DNA from: an uncultured Gemmatimonadales bacterium
GTDB taxonomy: Bacteria > Gemmatimonadota > Gemmatimonadetes > Gemmatimonadales > GWC2-71-9
Assembly (NCBI GenBank): GCA_963739455.1
Contig: CAVUAK010000001.1
Span: 608,001 to 672,000, forward strand
Length of the DNA stretch: 64,000 bases
Direction: 5' to 3'
Position numbers and translations under genes: made by a program. The number at the start of each line of letters is the position of its first letter. The first letter of the stretch is position 1. A model generated the notes under the pieces. It was not told the DNA's origin, did not search any database, and saw only the letters and a program-made list of their open reading frames with translations. Shown in pieces: positions 31,139 to 41,745 of this stretch.

Positions 31139-32651
31139 ATGAAACGCGCCTGCAGCCTGCTGTTCCTGCTGGTCGCAGGCGCGGCACCAACGCTTACCGC
31201 ACAGACGAGTGGCACCTGGGTCGAGGAACAGGTGTCGAGCTGGTACCCCATGGCCCTCAAGCTCGCGCGCGGCCGCTGGGGAGTGGCGGTCGCGGACCAG
31301 ACGGGGAATATCCTCTGGTCGGTCAACCTCGACGTACCGTTCGTTCCCGCCTCCACGGTCAAGCTCCTGACAACCGGTTTCGCGCGGTCGATTGTGGGCG
31401 GCGACGCCCGGCGTGACACACGGGTGATCGGGGTGGGCCAGCTTTCCGATGCGGGCGAGTGGAAGGGCCGCTGGTGGCTCGAGGTCAACGGCGATGTGAC
31501 GCTCGAGCGCCTGCCCGGCACGGGCCCGATGTTTCGCGACCTCGCAGCACAGCTTCGTGTCATGGGCATCAGGCAGCTGCACGGCCCGCTGGAGCTTTCC
31601 AGCCAGTCCGGGGCGGCCGATGCCACCTACCCCAGTGTGTGGTCGACCAAGCACCGTGGGCGCAGCTTCGCCCCGCTGGTGGGACCGCTGATGTTCCACG
31701 AGAACATCGTGCTCGTCGGGATCAGTCCCGGTTCGAAGGCGGGGTCGCGCGCGGTCCTGGTGAGCGCCTCCCCACGCGGACTGTCATCGATGGTGACGGT
31801 GCGGGCAATGACGCGGAGCGGCCGGCGCACGCGACTGTCACTGAGCCAGGGCAGCGACGGCCGCCTCGTGGTGAACGGGACCATCGGCACCCGGTCCCGG
31901 CAGCGCACGCTGCTGGCCACGATGGTGAACCCGAAGCAGGTGCTCGATGCCGTGTGGGCCCAGGCGCTCAAGGATGAGGGCATCGAGTGGGACGGCCGGG
32001 CCACCACCAATCGCGCCATGACCAGCGATGCCTCGCGCGTGCTGGCGGAGGTGCAGTCGGCGGTGTTCGACAGCTGTGGCGAGCGAGGTGAACCGGCGCA
32101 GCCTCAACCCGGGGGCGGAACTGCTGCTGCAGTGGGCAGCCGGTCGGGGAGACAGCGCCTCGGCGCGGCTCACGGCGCACGTGGCGTCGGTTACCGGCAT
32201 GCCCGACGCCGTGCATCTCGTGGATGGAAGTGGATTGTCCTACGATAACCGCATGACGCCGCACGCCTTCATCAACTACCTGGCGCGCTACCCGCTGACG
32301 CCCTCGGGTCGCGCGCTCCCCATGCTGCTCCCGGCCAACGGAACAGGAACGCTGCACAAGCTCTCCTCCGGGCTACCCGCCACCGGCGTTGTGCGCGCCA
32401 AGACCGGGACGCTCGCGGAGGTATCCAATGTTGTCGGCTACCTCGGCCGGCCGAACGGCGTGCTGCTCATTGCGCTCATGTATGAGGGTCCCCGGCCGGC
32501 GTCCGCCCGGCAGGCGGAGTGGCGGCTCTTCCGGATTCTCGGTGCCGACGGCGTGCTCATCCCATCGGACAGCTTCATCATGGATGACCCGCAACTGGGC
32601 GGCGAAAGCGACAGCCTTGGCGCGGTCGTGGACGATACGACCGGGCCCTGA
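31139..32651 (+). CDS. dacB: D-Ala-D-Ala carboxypeptidase/endopeptidase (peptidase S13), frameshift near 32075
   Basis: PASTVK (SxxK), SLN, DGSGLS, AKTGTL. Confidence 0.88.
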
Positions 32652-32653
32652 GT

Positions 32654-33187
32654 TCAGTCGTGGTCCCGCTCGTGCTCGTGTTCGTGCCGGCCGGTGCTGG
32701 CGGAGTCGAGCATCACTGACTTGGTGACATCGGGAGGAGCCCAGAGCGGGCCAGTCGCTTCCGGGTGACGGATCTCGCCGCCCAGCCAGGCGGTCCGCGC
32801 GATGACGCTCGTCGAGAAGAGCAGCGCGACCATCGTCGCCGTTCCCGCCCAGCGTGGCACGTCGCGGTCCTTCCTGCTCGACCAGAGACCGAGTGCCGCG
32901 ATCGCTGCCGTTCCCAGCATGGTCCAGAGGGCCCAGTCGGCCGCTTCCTCGTGCTCGTGGATCAGGTCATGGTCAAAGCCCTGGACATCCTCGAGCTGTT
33001 CATGCGCCTCGTCGCCGGTGAAGAACGCCGGATAGGCCGACAGCCCCGCCAGCATCGTCACCACGAGGGCAAGACGGATGAAGTCGCGGCGACGGGTCAT
33101 CAGTGCCCAGAAGAGGAGCAGGAGCGCCACGACCGCCCCGATGACTGGCGCGTGGTTGATCATCAGGTGCAGGTGCGGATAGTTCAT
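32654..33187 (-). CDS. Membrane protein, DUF2231-like, His-rich
   Basis: HLHLMINHAP, TGDEA, HEHEEAA, GGEIRHPE; about 4 TM helices. Confidence 0.75.
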   Translation of the reverse strand: MNYPHLHLMINHAPVIGAVVALLLLFWALMTRRRDFIRLALVVTMLAGLSAYPAFFTGDEAHEQLEDVQGFDHDLIHEHEEAADWALWTMLGTAAIAALGLWSSRKDRDVPRWAGTATMVALLFSTSVIARTAWLGGEIRHPEATGPLWAPPDVTKSVMLDSASTGRHEHEHERDHD

Positions 33188-33371
33188 GGTCGAGCTCCTG
33201 AAAGATCCTGCGAGTCCGCGCGCCCCCTGGGGACAATGCTGCACGGAAGATCATTCGAATGGCGTGAAGCAACAATGAAGGGTGGCGGTATGCTGGACGC
33301 CCCCCGTTCGGCCCCGTAGCTTTGGGTCCGGGCCCTGCCCAGCACCACCTCACCATCCGAGAAACTGACCC

Positions 33372-35603
33372 ATGGCTATCGCCGCACCACCGATGGTCTC
33401 GCCCTCGAGCGAGGATGCCGCCGGGTTCACGCCATTCGTTCCCGCCTCGTCGAGCCCGGCCGAGCTGACCGTCAGGGCGCTGCTGCTGGGTGCCGTTCTC
33501 GGGGTGGTCTTCGCTGCGTCGAGCGTCTACCTCGCACTCAAGATCGGTCTCACGGTTTCGGCGTCGATTCCCATCGCGGTGCTGGCCGTGGCGTTCTTCC
33601 GGACCCTGGGTCGCTCCACCATCCTCGAGAACAACATCGTGCAGACCACCGGCTCGGCCGGTGAGTCGATCGCCGCCGGTGTGGTCTTCACCCTGCCGGC
33701 GATCCTGCTCATGGGCTACGACCTGAGCATCGCCAAGGTCGGCATCATCGCGGCGGTGGGTGGCATTCTTGGCATCCTGCTGATGATTCCGCTGCGGCGA
33801 GCGCTCATCGTCAAGGAGCACAAGACCCTCACCTATCCCGAGGGCACCGCCTGCGCCGAGGTACTCATCGCCGGCGAGAAGGGCGGGCTGCAGGCGAGGC
33901 TGCTGTTCCAGGCATTCGGCCTCGCCTTCGTCTACAAGTTCCTCATGGCGGGGCTCAAGCTCTGGAAGGAAGTCGCTACCAGGAGCTTCGTCTTCTTCAA
34001 GGGCGGTACGGTGTCCGCCGAGGTGTCGCCGGAACTGCTGGGCGTGGGTTACATCATCGGGCCACGCATCGCGGGCTACCTCTTCGCCGGCGGAACCCTC
34101 GCGTACCTGATGCTGGTGCCGGCCATCAAGTTCTTCGGCGAGGGCCTGACGTCACCACTCTTCCCGGCCACCATGCTCATCAAGGACATGAGCGCTGGCC
34201 AGGTGCGATCGAACTACATCTTCTACATCGGTGCAGGCGCAGTGGCCTCGGCGGGCATCATCGCACTGCTGCGCGCGCTGCCGACCATCGTGAGCGCCTT
34301 CCGCTCGGGCTTCCAGGACCTCAAGGGCAGCGTCGGCACCGCCACCACCCGGCTCCGCACCGACCTCGACCTGCCGATCTGGATCACCATCGTCGGCTCG
34401 CTCGCGCTGGCGCTGCTGCTCACCGTGCTCCCGCAGATCGGTGTCAACCTGCTGGGCGCGCTGCTCATCGTCGTCTTCGGGTTCTTCTTCGTGACGGTGT
34501 CCTCGCGGATCACCGGCGAGATCGGCACGAGTGCCAACCCGATCTCGGGCATGACGATCGCCGCGCTCATCGGGACCACCACAATTTTCCTGCTGCTTGG
34601 ATGGACCGGGGTGGACTACCGGGTGGGCGCACTCTCCATTGCGGGCGTGATTGCGGTCGCGTCCGGCAACGCCGGCGCCACCAGCCAGGACCTCAAGACA
34701 GGCTTCCTCGTTGGCGCTACCCCATGGCGACAGCAGGTGGCAATTGTGGTGGGGGCGGTCACCTCCGCAGTCGCCATCGGCTGGACGCTCACGCTGCTCA
34801 ACAACACCTACACGAATATCGTACCCGAGACGCACCCGGGCGTCGTGCTGGAGGCGGCGGCGCCCGGCGAGCACCTTCGCTCGGTGACGAGCACCGGCGA
34901 GACGCTGGAGCACGACGGCCGCTCGTGGGCGGTGTACCGGGTGAATATCGCGACCCAGGGCGTGCTTCCAGGGAAGTACCTCGTGGACCCGGCGACCAGG
35001 GAGATCGCGTTCCTGGTGGACCCCGGCATCGGGGGGCGGGTGCATGAGATCAACGGTGCCGCGGTGACGAAGCTCGACTCGCCCAAGGCGACGATCATGG
35101 CGCTCGTCACCGATGGCATCCTGACACAGAAGCTGCCGTGGGGACTCGTGCTGCTCGGCGTCTTCATCACCCTCGGCATCGAGCTGATGGGTGTGCAGTC
35201 GCTGCCGGTGGCGGTGGGCGTGTACCTCCCGATCTCCACCTCATCCGCGATGTTTGCCGGCGGGCTGGTGCGCTGGCTGGTGGAGCGACGCCTCCGGAAT
35301 GCGAGCCAGTCCATTGCCGACGTCGAGTCGGGTCCGGGCGTGCTCTTCTCGAGCGGGCTCATCGCCGGTGGCGCGATCGCCGGCATCGCGGTGGCCGGGC
35401 TGGCGACGTTCGTTGCGTCGGCGGCCGAGAGGGCCGGCGTGCCAGCGGCGGACTATGTCGCGCACCGCGCCGGTACCGAGGCGTTGATCGGAAGGTTCGT
35501 CACCGGTGGCTGGCAGGATGTCCTGGCGCTGGGCCTGTTCCTGCTGCTTGGGGCGCTGCTGTTCCGGGTCGCGAGCCGCACACAGGCCGGCGCCGGACGC
35601 TAG
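33372..35603 (+). CDS. OPT-family oligopeptide transporter
   Basis: KIGLTVSASIP, ENNIVQT, YPEGTAC, QDLKTG. Confidence 0.95.
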   Translation: MAIAAPPMVSPSSEDAAGFTPFVPASSSPAELTVRALLLGAVLGVVFAASSVYLALKIGLTVSASIPIAVLAVAFFRTLGRSTILENNIVQTTGSAGESIAAGVVFTLPAILLMGYDLSIAKVGIIAAVGGILGILLMIPLRRALIVKEHKTLTYPEGTACAEVLIAGEKGGLQARLLFQAFGLAFVYKFLMAGLKLWKEVATRSFVFFKGGTVSAEVSPELLGVGYIIGPRIAGYLFAGGTLAYLMLVPAIKFFGEGLTSPLFPATMLIKDMSAGQVRSNYIFYIGAGAVASAGIIALLRALPTIVSAFRSGFQDLKGSVGTATTRLRTDLDLPIWITIVGSLALALLLTVLPQIGVNLLGALLIVVFGFFFVTVSSRITGEIGTSANPISGMTIAALIGTTTIFLLLGWTGVDYRVGALSIAGVIAVASGNAGATSQDLKTGFLVGATPWRQQVAIVVGAVTSAVAIGWTLTLLNNTYTNIVPETHPGVVLEAAAPGEHLRSVTSTGETLEHDGRSWAVYRVNIATQGVLPGKYLVDPATREIAFLVDPGIGGRVHEINGAAVTKLDSPKATIMALVTDGILTQKLPWGLVLLGVFITLGIELMGVQSLPVAVGVYLPISTSSAMFAGGLVRWLVERRLRNASQSIADVESGPGVLFSSGLIAGGAIAGIAVAGLATFVASAAERAGVPAADYVAHRAGTEALIGRFVTGGWQDVLALGLFLLLGALLFRVASRTQAGAGR

Positions 35604-35607
35604 CTGC

Positions 35608-37212
35608 ATGAGCACCACGCAGTCGGTCCTGCAGCTGGTTGTGCTGCTCCTGTCGCTCGTGCTCACGCTGGGCGCGTTCGCCCGTCGCTTGCCCATTCCC
35701 TACCCTATCGTGCTCGTGCTGGGCGGACTGGCCATGAGCTTCGTGCCGGGCCTGCCCGAGGCGCCGCTCGGACCGGAACTGATCTTCACCATCTTCCTGC
35801 CGCCGGTACTGTGGGCTGCCGCGTTCGAGAGCGACCTGCGGCAACTCCGGCGCGGGGCCATGCCGATCGCGCTGCTGGCAATTGGCCTCGTGGTCGCGAC
35901 CACGGTCGCCGTGGCGTGGGTAGCGCACGTCACGATGCCCGGCATTGCCTGGTCGTCGGCGTACATCCTTGGCGCGGTTGTATCCTCGACCGACGCCGTC
36001 GCCGCCACCGCGGTGGCACGACGTCTCGGCATCCCGCGACCGCTCATTGCCCAGCTCGAGGGCGAGAGCCTTCTTAATGACGCCAGCGCCCTGGTGCTCT
36101 ACACCGCCGCCGTCACGGCGCGCGTCAGCGGAGAGTTCTCCGTCAGGGGCGCCCTCGGGGATTTCGTCTACGACGCGCTGGGCGGCATCACCGTCGGCAT
36201 CGCGGTGGCATTCGCGCTGCATCTCGTGTCGCGCCTCACGCGCGACAGCGTGAGCAACGTCGCCCTGACGGTGCTGGCGGCATACATCTCCTGGATCCTG
36301 GGGGAAAAGGTCGGTGCCTCCGCCGTGCTTGCGTGTGTGGCCTGTGGCCTCACCATGCGACGCCATTTCCTGACCACCGGGTCGTCGGCCACCCGGGTGC
36401 AGACCGCCGAGGTGTGGGGGCTGCTCGTCTTCGTCCTTAACGGCTTCATCTTCGTGCTGCTGGGGCTCGAGTGGCCCAAGCTGGCAGTGGACCTGCCGCC
36501 GGGCGGGCTGCGCGCCTTCGCGATGCCCATGGCGGCTGTGTGTGCCACAGTCATCCTGGTGCGCCTGGCCTGGTTGCCGATCATGACGTATGGTGCGCGC
36601 GCGCTCATTCCGAGCAAGCGCAAGGGACCACTTCCGCCTCGGGGGTGGATGCTCCTTGCCGGCTGGACCGGGATGCGTGGCATCGTGACACTCGCCGCGG
36701 CGCTGGCCGTTCCCACGGTGTCGCTCACGGGGGAAGCGCTTCCGTATCGTGGGCGCATCGTCATCATCTCCTTCGCCGTCATCCTCGTCACGCTCGTGCT
36801 CCAGGGGCTCACCCTGGCCCCGCTCATCCGATGGCTGGGGCTCAAGGACGATGGTGAGGGGGCGCGGGAGCTGCACCTGGCCCGCCGAACCGCGCTCGAC
36901 GCCTCGGTAGCGCGCCTCGACGCAATCAAGCAGGCCGGTCCGTCCGACCCGCAGCTGGTCGAGATGAACCGGGCCTTCTATTCCGCGCGCCAGGAACGCG
37001 CGCAGAGCCTCGAAGGCCTCGACCCGGAAGTTGCGCACGCATCGCGCGAGGCCCTGGCGGCGCAACGCAGCGAGCTCATCGAGGCACAGCGGCAGGCGGT
37101 GATTGCACTCTGGCGAGCCGGCACCATCACCGACCAGACGCTGGCGGACGCCGAGCGGGAAATCGACCTGGAAGACCTCATGTTCGACGCCCGAAGGGAC
37201 GGCAGCACGTGA
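35608..37212 (+). CDS. Na+/H+ antiporter, CPA1 family, copy 1
   Basis: FLPPVL, STDAVA, LEGESLLND, GMRG. Confidence 0.93.
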   Translation: MSTTQSVLQLVVLLLSLVLTLGAFARRLPIPYPIVLVLGGLAMSFVPGLPEAPLGPELIFTIFLPPVLWAAAFESDLRQLRRGAMPIALLAIGLVVATTVAVAWVAHVTMPGIAWSSAYILGAVVSSTDAVAATAVARRLGIPRPLIAQLEGESLLNDASALVLYTAAVTARVSGEFSVRGALGDFVYDALGGITVGIAVAFALHLVSRLTRDSVSNVALTVLAAYISWILGEKVGASAVLACVACGLTMRRHFLTTGSSATRVQTAEVWGLLVFVLNGFIFVLLGLEWPKLAVDLPPGGLRAFAMPMAAVCATVILVRLAWLPIMTYGARALIPSKRKGPLPPRGWMLLAGWTGMRGIVTLAAALAVPTVSLTGEALPYRGRIVIISFAVILVTLVLQGLTLAPLIRWLGLKDDGEGARELHLARRTALDASVARLDAIKQAGPSDPQLVEMNRAFYSARQERAQSLEGLDPEVAHASREALAAQRSELIEAQRQAVIALWRAGTITDQTLADAEREIDLEDLMFDARRDGST

Positions 37213-38834
37213 ACGAGACGTTTGCCCGAGCCGAGCTGTTCGTGGTCCTGCTGGCGGCCATGCTTGCGCTCACCGCATTCGCGCGCCGCCTGATGGTGCC
37301 GTACCCGATCCTGCTGGTGCTGGGCGGGCTCGCGCTGGCGTTCATTCCCGGTGTTCCGGAGGTCGCCCTCCAGCCCGACCTGGTGTTCGTCCTGTTCCTG
37401 CCGCCGATCCTCTGGGGTGCCGCATACTTCACGTCACTGCGCGACTTCAAGCGCAACCTCCGATCGATTACCGGACTCGCTCTTGGCCTGGTCCTGCTCA
37501 CCACCCTCGTGGTGGGATGGGTCGCGCACGAGCTCATCCCCGGCATGAGCTGGGCCGTTGCGCTCTGCCTGGGAGCGATCGTATCGCCACCCGACGCGGT
37601 CGCCGCCACAGCCGTGATGAGCCGCATCGGTGTCCCGCGCCAGGTGATCGCCGTGCTCGAGGGCGAGAGCCTGGTGAACGACGCAAGCGCCCTGGTGCTT
37701 TATCGCGCCGCGGTCGTGGCCATCGTGTCGGGAGTATTCTCGATTGGCGCCACCATCGGCAGCTTCTTTGTGGTGGCGACGGTGGGGATCCTGGTCGGGT
37801 TCGCCGCCGGCTGGTTGACTCGCTGGGCCGTCCGTCACATGGCCGAGGGGTATGGCCAGATCGCGCTCACCCTGCTGGGGCCGTACGTGGCGTGGATCAC
37901 CGCCGAACGACTGCATGGGTCCGCCGTGCTCGCATGCGTTGTGGGCGGTATCTACGTCCGGCAGTACTTCAGCGCCGAGGTATCACCGGTGGTACGGCTG
38001 CAGTCGCGCAGTGTGTGGGAGCTGCTGATCTTCCTCCTCAACGGCGTCATCTTCATCCTCATCGGGTTGCAGCTTGGCCCCCTGCGGCGAACCCTACCCG
38101 AGGGCAGCATGGGCCAGGTGCTGCGGTGGGGCGTGATCATCACGCTCACCGCCATCATTGTCCGGCTGGCATGGCTGCCGGTGGGCGCGCGACTGGTACG
38201 GATCGACCGGAAGTACCGGGAGAAGAATCCACTGCCGCCCGCCCGCGCCATTTTCATCGTGGGCTGGACCGGCATGCGCGGCATCGTGTCGCTTGCCACG
38301 GCGCTGGCGCTGCCGCTGGCCATCTCCGACGGCACGCCGATGCCGTACCGGTCCGAGATCATCCTCATCACCTTTGTCGTGATCCTGGGTACGCTCGTCG
38401 TGCAGGGACTTACGGTGGCGCCGCTGGCGCGCCTGCTTGGCCTCTCGGCGGTCGACGACACCTTCGAGCGTGAACAGCGGCTCGCGCGGGAGCAGGCAGC
38501 GCAGGCCGCCATCGTCCGCGTGGACGAGGTCGCACAGGAGGACTGGGTGCCACCCTCGATCGCCACGCAGGTCCGCGCCCACTACGAGCACCGGCTCCAG
38601 CGCTTTCATCCCGATGCGGCGCTGGACCCGGCTTGCAGCGCGGAGCAGGCGGATGCCCAGCGTCGATTGCGACACGAGGCACTGACAGCGGAGCGTCGCA
38701 CCTTGATCAAGCTCCGCAACGAGGGCGAGATCAGCGACGACGTCATGCACCACATCGAGCGCGAACTCGACCTGGAGGCCCTGCGACAAGGCCTCGGCGA
38801 CCTCACCCTCAACGCGTCGGCCGCGTCGGCCTGA
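37209..38834 (+). CDS. Na+/H+ antiporter, CPA1 family, copy 2
   Basis: FLPPIL, PPDAVA, LEGESLVND, GMRG. Confidence 0.93.
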   Translation: MNETFARAELFVVLLAAMLALTAFARRLMVPYPILLVLGGLALAFIPGVPEVALQPDLVFVLFLPPILWGAAYFTSLRDFKRNLRSITGLALGLVLLTTLVVGWVAHELIPGMSWAVALCLGAIVSPPDAVAATAVMSRIGVPRQVIAVLEGESLVNDASALVLYRAAVVAIVSGVFSIGATIGSFFVVATVGILVGFAAGWLTRWAVRHMAEGYGQIALTLLGPYVAWITAERLHGSAVLACVVGGIYVRQYFSAEVSPVVRLQSRSVWELLIFLLNGVIFILIGLQLGPLRRTLPEGSMGQVLRWGVIITLTAIIVRLAWLPVGARLVRIDRKYREKNPLPPARAIFIVGWTGMRGIVSLATALALPLAISDGTPMPYRSEIILITFVVILGTLVVQGLTVAPLARLLGLSAVDDTFEREQRLAREQAAQAAIVRVDEVAQEDWVPPSIATQVRAHYEHRLQRFHPDAALDPACSAEQADAQRRLRHEALTAERRTLIKLRNEGEISDDVMHHIERELDLEALRQGLGDLTLNASAASA

Positions 38835-38867
38835 CGCGCGGCGCCGATCGGGATATCTTTGCCCGCC

Positions 38868-39938
38868 ATGGACGACTCCTCCCTGAAGTTCCTCAAGACT
38901 TTGCTCGGCACCCCCGGGCCATCTTCATACGAAATTGCGCCGGCGCGGCTGTGGCGAACGGAAGCCGGGAAGGTGACCAGCGCGGTGCGCGGCGACGTGG
39001 CCGGCAACTCCTACGCGACCCTGGCCGGCAGCGGCGGGCCGGCGGTCATGCTCGCGGGTCATATCGACGAGATCGGCGTCATCATTACCCACATCGACGA
39101 GCAGGGATACCTGAGCTTCGATGGCATCGGCGGATGGGATGCGCAGGTGTTCGTGGGCCAGCGGGTGACGCTGCTGGGGCGCGCCGGGCAGGTGACGGGT
39201 GTGGTCGGCAAGAAGGCGATCCACCTGATGGACAAGGACGAGCGCGAGAAGGTCTCCAAGATCGAGGATCTCTGGATCGACATCGGCGCCACGACCAGGG
39301 CCGAGGCCGAGACCCACGTGCGAATGGGCGACGCCGGTGTCCTCGCGGCCGGTCCGCTGGAACTGCCCAATGGGCGCCTGGTGAGCCGCAGCCTCGACAA
39401 CCGCGTTGGGGCCTTCGTGGTCCTCGAGGCGCTTCGCCTGCTCAAGGCCGGAGGACCGGCGGCGGCCACGGTCACGGCGGTCGCGACAACGCGGGAAGAG
39501 ATTTCCTACACCGGCGGCGGCGCGCGCACTTCCGCGGCCGACCTGCAGGCCGTGGCGGCACTGGTGGTGGACGTAACGCATGCCACCGACTATCCCGGAC
39601 TCGATAAGCGAAAGCACGGCGAGTACAAGCTCGGCGGCGGCCCGGCAATCGGTCGGGGCGCGTCCCTCAGCACCATGGTGTCGGATCAGCTGATCGAGGC
39701 GGCGGAGGCGGAGAAGATCCCGTACTCAATCGAGGCGGCATCGCGCGACACGCACACCGACGCCGAGGCGATCTTCAACAGCCATCGGGGCGTGGCTACG
39801 GGGCTGGTATCGGTGCCGCTGCGCTACATGCACAGCCCGAACGAGATGGTGTTGCTGGAAGACATCGCGAACACGGCGAAGCTGCTGGCGGCATTCTGTC
39901 GACGGGTCAAGCCGGAAATGGATTTTGTGCCCAGATAG
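38868..39938 (+). CDS. M42 family metallo-aminopeptidase
   Basis: AGHIDEIG, LDNRVG, REEI, VDV, RYMHSP. Confidence 0.93.
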   Translation: MDDSSLKFLKTLLGTPGPSSYEIAPARLWRTEAGKVTSAVRGDVAGNSYATLAGSGGPAVMLAGHIDEIGVIITHIDEQGYLSFDGIGGWDAQVFVGQRVTLLGRAGQVTGVVGKKAIHLMDKDEREKVSKIEDLWIDIGATTRAEAETHVRMGDAGVLAAGPLELPNGRLVSRSLDNRVGAFVVLEALRLLKAGGPAAATVTAVATTREEISYTGGGARTSAADLQAVAALVVDVTHATDYPGLDKRKHGEYKLGGGPAIGRGASLSTMVSDQLIEAAEAEKIPYSIEAASRDTHTDAEAIFNSHRGVATGLVSVPLRYMHSPNEMVLLEDIANTAKLLAAFCRRVKPEMDFVPR

Positions 39939-40006
39939 CTAGCGGCGGAAAAACCGGCAGCGAAAGAACCGACGGCAGAGAGACCAGGAGCGTGAGGTGG
40001 ACTACC

Positions 40007-41518
40007 TCACGCTCTTTTCATTCCTGCCAGCGCTTCCTGCGCGGCATCCCGAACGCTCTGTTCGTCATCGCCCAGCAGGCCCTGGAGCGCCGTCGCCGCC
40101 GGCGCACTGCCTGCGACGCGAAGGCCGGCGATCGCCGCAAGGCGGGTGGCGAGCGGCCGCCGATTGAAGAGGCGGCGCCCGGGGGCCGCGGCGCGCGACA
40201 GTGCCTGGACCGCGTCGGGTGTACCGATGCGGCCGAGAGCCAGCAGGAGCTCCTTCAGCACGTCAGGGTTGGTCTCTTCCTCGAGCGCCAGTGCCAGCGA
40301 CATGGCCAGGCCGCGCGAGCGGGTGCCATCGAGTCCCTGCACTGCCTGGAGCCGCACCTGGGGCGACGCGTCGTGGAGCAACTGCCGGAGGGGCTCGACG
40401 GCGAGCGCGGTACCAATCTTGGCCAGCGCCCCCGCTACCGCGCGGCGCACACGCTCATCGGCATGATTGACGTGCCGCGCCAGCTGCGGCACGGTGTCCT
40501 CGGCACGCAGGTCGCCACAGAGCTCCGCGACGTTGCGCACCACGAACCATTCATCGTGCAGGAGCAGGCGGCCCAGCAGCGGCGATGCCGTGTTCACCTG
40601 CCGGAGCGCGTTGTAGAGCGCGCGACGCTGCTCCATCGACTCCGACTCGACCAGCTCGTGCAGCAGCGTCTCCGATGCGTCAGCGCCGGCGTGCTTGAGC
40701 ACCTCGAGTGCGTCCTGCCGCCTCGGCCCGGCGGTGAGCTTGGCGATCTGCTCGACGGCCTTTGACGGCAGCATGCGGCGAATGGCAATCTGGTACGCGC
40801 GCTTGAGTTCGCCTTCGGGAAGGTCGCGCTCGAGGCGCGCGACCGCAGCCGCAGTCGTCACGAGCGAATCGTAGTCCCGCTCCCGCAGCGCCGAGTCCAC
40901 TCCCGCCACGACCGACTCCAGTCGGCCGGGCGCATCGGGACCAGTCGGGTCGGCCTCGAGCTGGCGCAGTGCCTCCACCCGCTCTTCCCCCGGGACGCGG
41001 CCCAGGTGCCGATAGGCATGCGCCTCGCCGAGTTCGGTGGGGAGCGCCGAGCCGTGCATGATTTCATCACCGGCAATGAAGCCAGTCGCCTGGTTCACCT
41101 GCTCAGTGTCCCCCGCTTCCTCGCCGAGCGCACCAATGCGCACCAGTTGCCTGATGTCCGGATCGATGTCGGCCACGAGATGCTCGACCGATTCGAAGCG
41201 GCCCACCGGCGACGACATGGCCCGCAGCACCGACAGCACCGCGGCCGGCGGCAGTCCGCCGGGCAGGCGCACGGAGGCAATGCCATGCCCCCGCAGGTGG
41301 TCGACAAGTTCGCCCACGCCAGGGAGCTCGGTGGTGACTTGCCCGCCGGAGAGGTCGACGCCGGACTCCGAGACCCGGAGCTCAAGCGGCCCGTCACCCA
41401 GGGCCACGAGGAACGCCTTGAAGGCCCTCGCCTGATCCTCACGGCGGGGTGGCTGGGCGCGCAGCAGCGTGAGCACCGAGCTCATCGTAGCCGCGATCGC
41501 CGCCGCAGGTTGACTCAT
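40007..41518 (-). CDS. HEAT repeat protein
   Basis: WFVVRN, VRRAVAGALAKIG and VRLQAV repeats in the C-terminal half. Confidence 0.85.
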   Translation of the reverse strand: MSQPAAAIAATMSSVLTLLRAQPPRREDQARAFKAFLVALGDGPLELRVSESGVDLSGGQVTTELPGVGELVDHLRGHGIASVRLPGGLPPAAVLSVLRAMSSPVGRFESVEHLVADIDPDIRQLVRIGALGEEAGDTEQVNQATGFIAGDEIMHGSALPTELGEAHAYRHLGRVPGEERVEALRQLEADPTGPDAPGRLESVVAGVDSALRERDYDSLVTTAAAVARLERDLPEGELKRAYQIAIRRMLPSKAVEQIAKLTAGPRRQDALEVLKHAGADASETLLHELVESESMEQRRALYNALRQVNTASPLLGRLLLHDEWFVVRNVAELCGDLRAEDTVPQLARHVNHADERVRRAVAGALAKIGTALAVEPLRQLLHDASPQVRLQAVQGLDGTRSRGLAMSLALALEEETNPDVLKELLLALGRIGTPDAVQALSRAAAPGRRLFNRRPLATRLAAIAGLRVAGSAPAATALQGLLGDDEQSVRDAAQEALAGMKRA

Positions 41519-41658
41519 CAGCGTTCCGGTCACCACAGGCTGCTTTCCTTGACGACGCTTTGTGACATCGCAGCAAAAGATCACTTAAAGCAATGCGATA
41601 CAACATGTTACGAATGCCAGCCGCCCCTCGGTTCCCCTGAGTTGGCGAGAAGCGGATG

Positions 41659-41674
41659 TGCAAGGCGCTTGCCA
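41659..41674 (-). promoter_or_regulatory. Sigma-54 promoter facing the HEAT repeat gene
   Basis: Minus strand reads TGGCAAGCGCCTTGCA (GG-N10-GC with TTGCA). Confidence 0.7.
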
Positions 41675-41745
41675 TCCGTGGAAACCCGGTTGAGGCCGGG
41701 CCCGGCGCGGCCTAACATTGGTGCCTCTCATTGAAAGGCAGCCAG

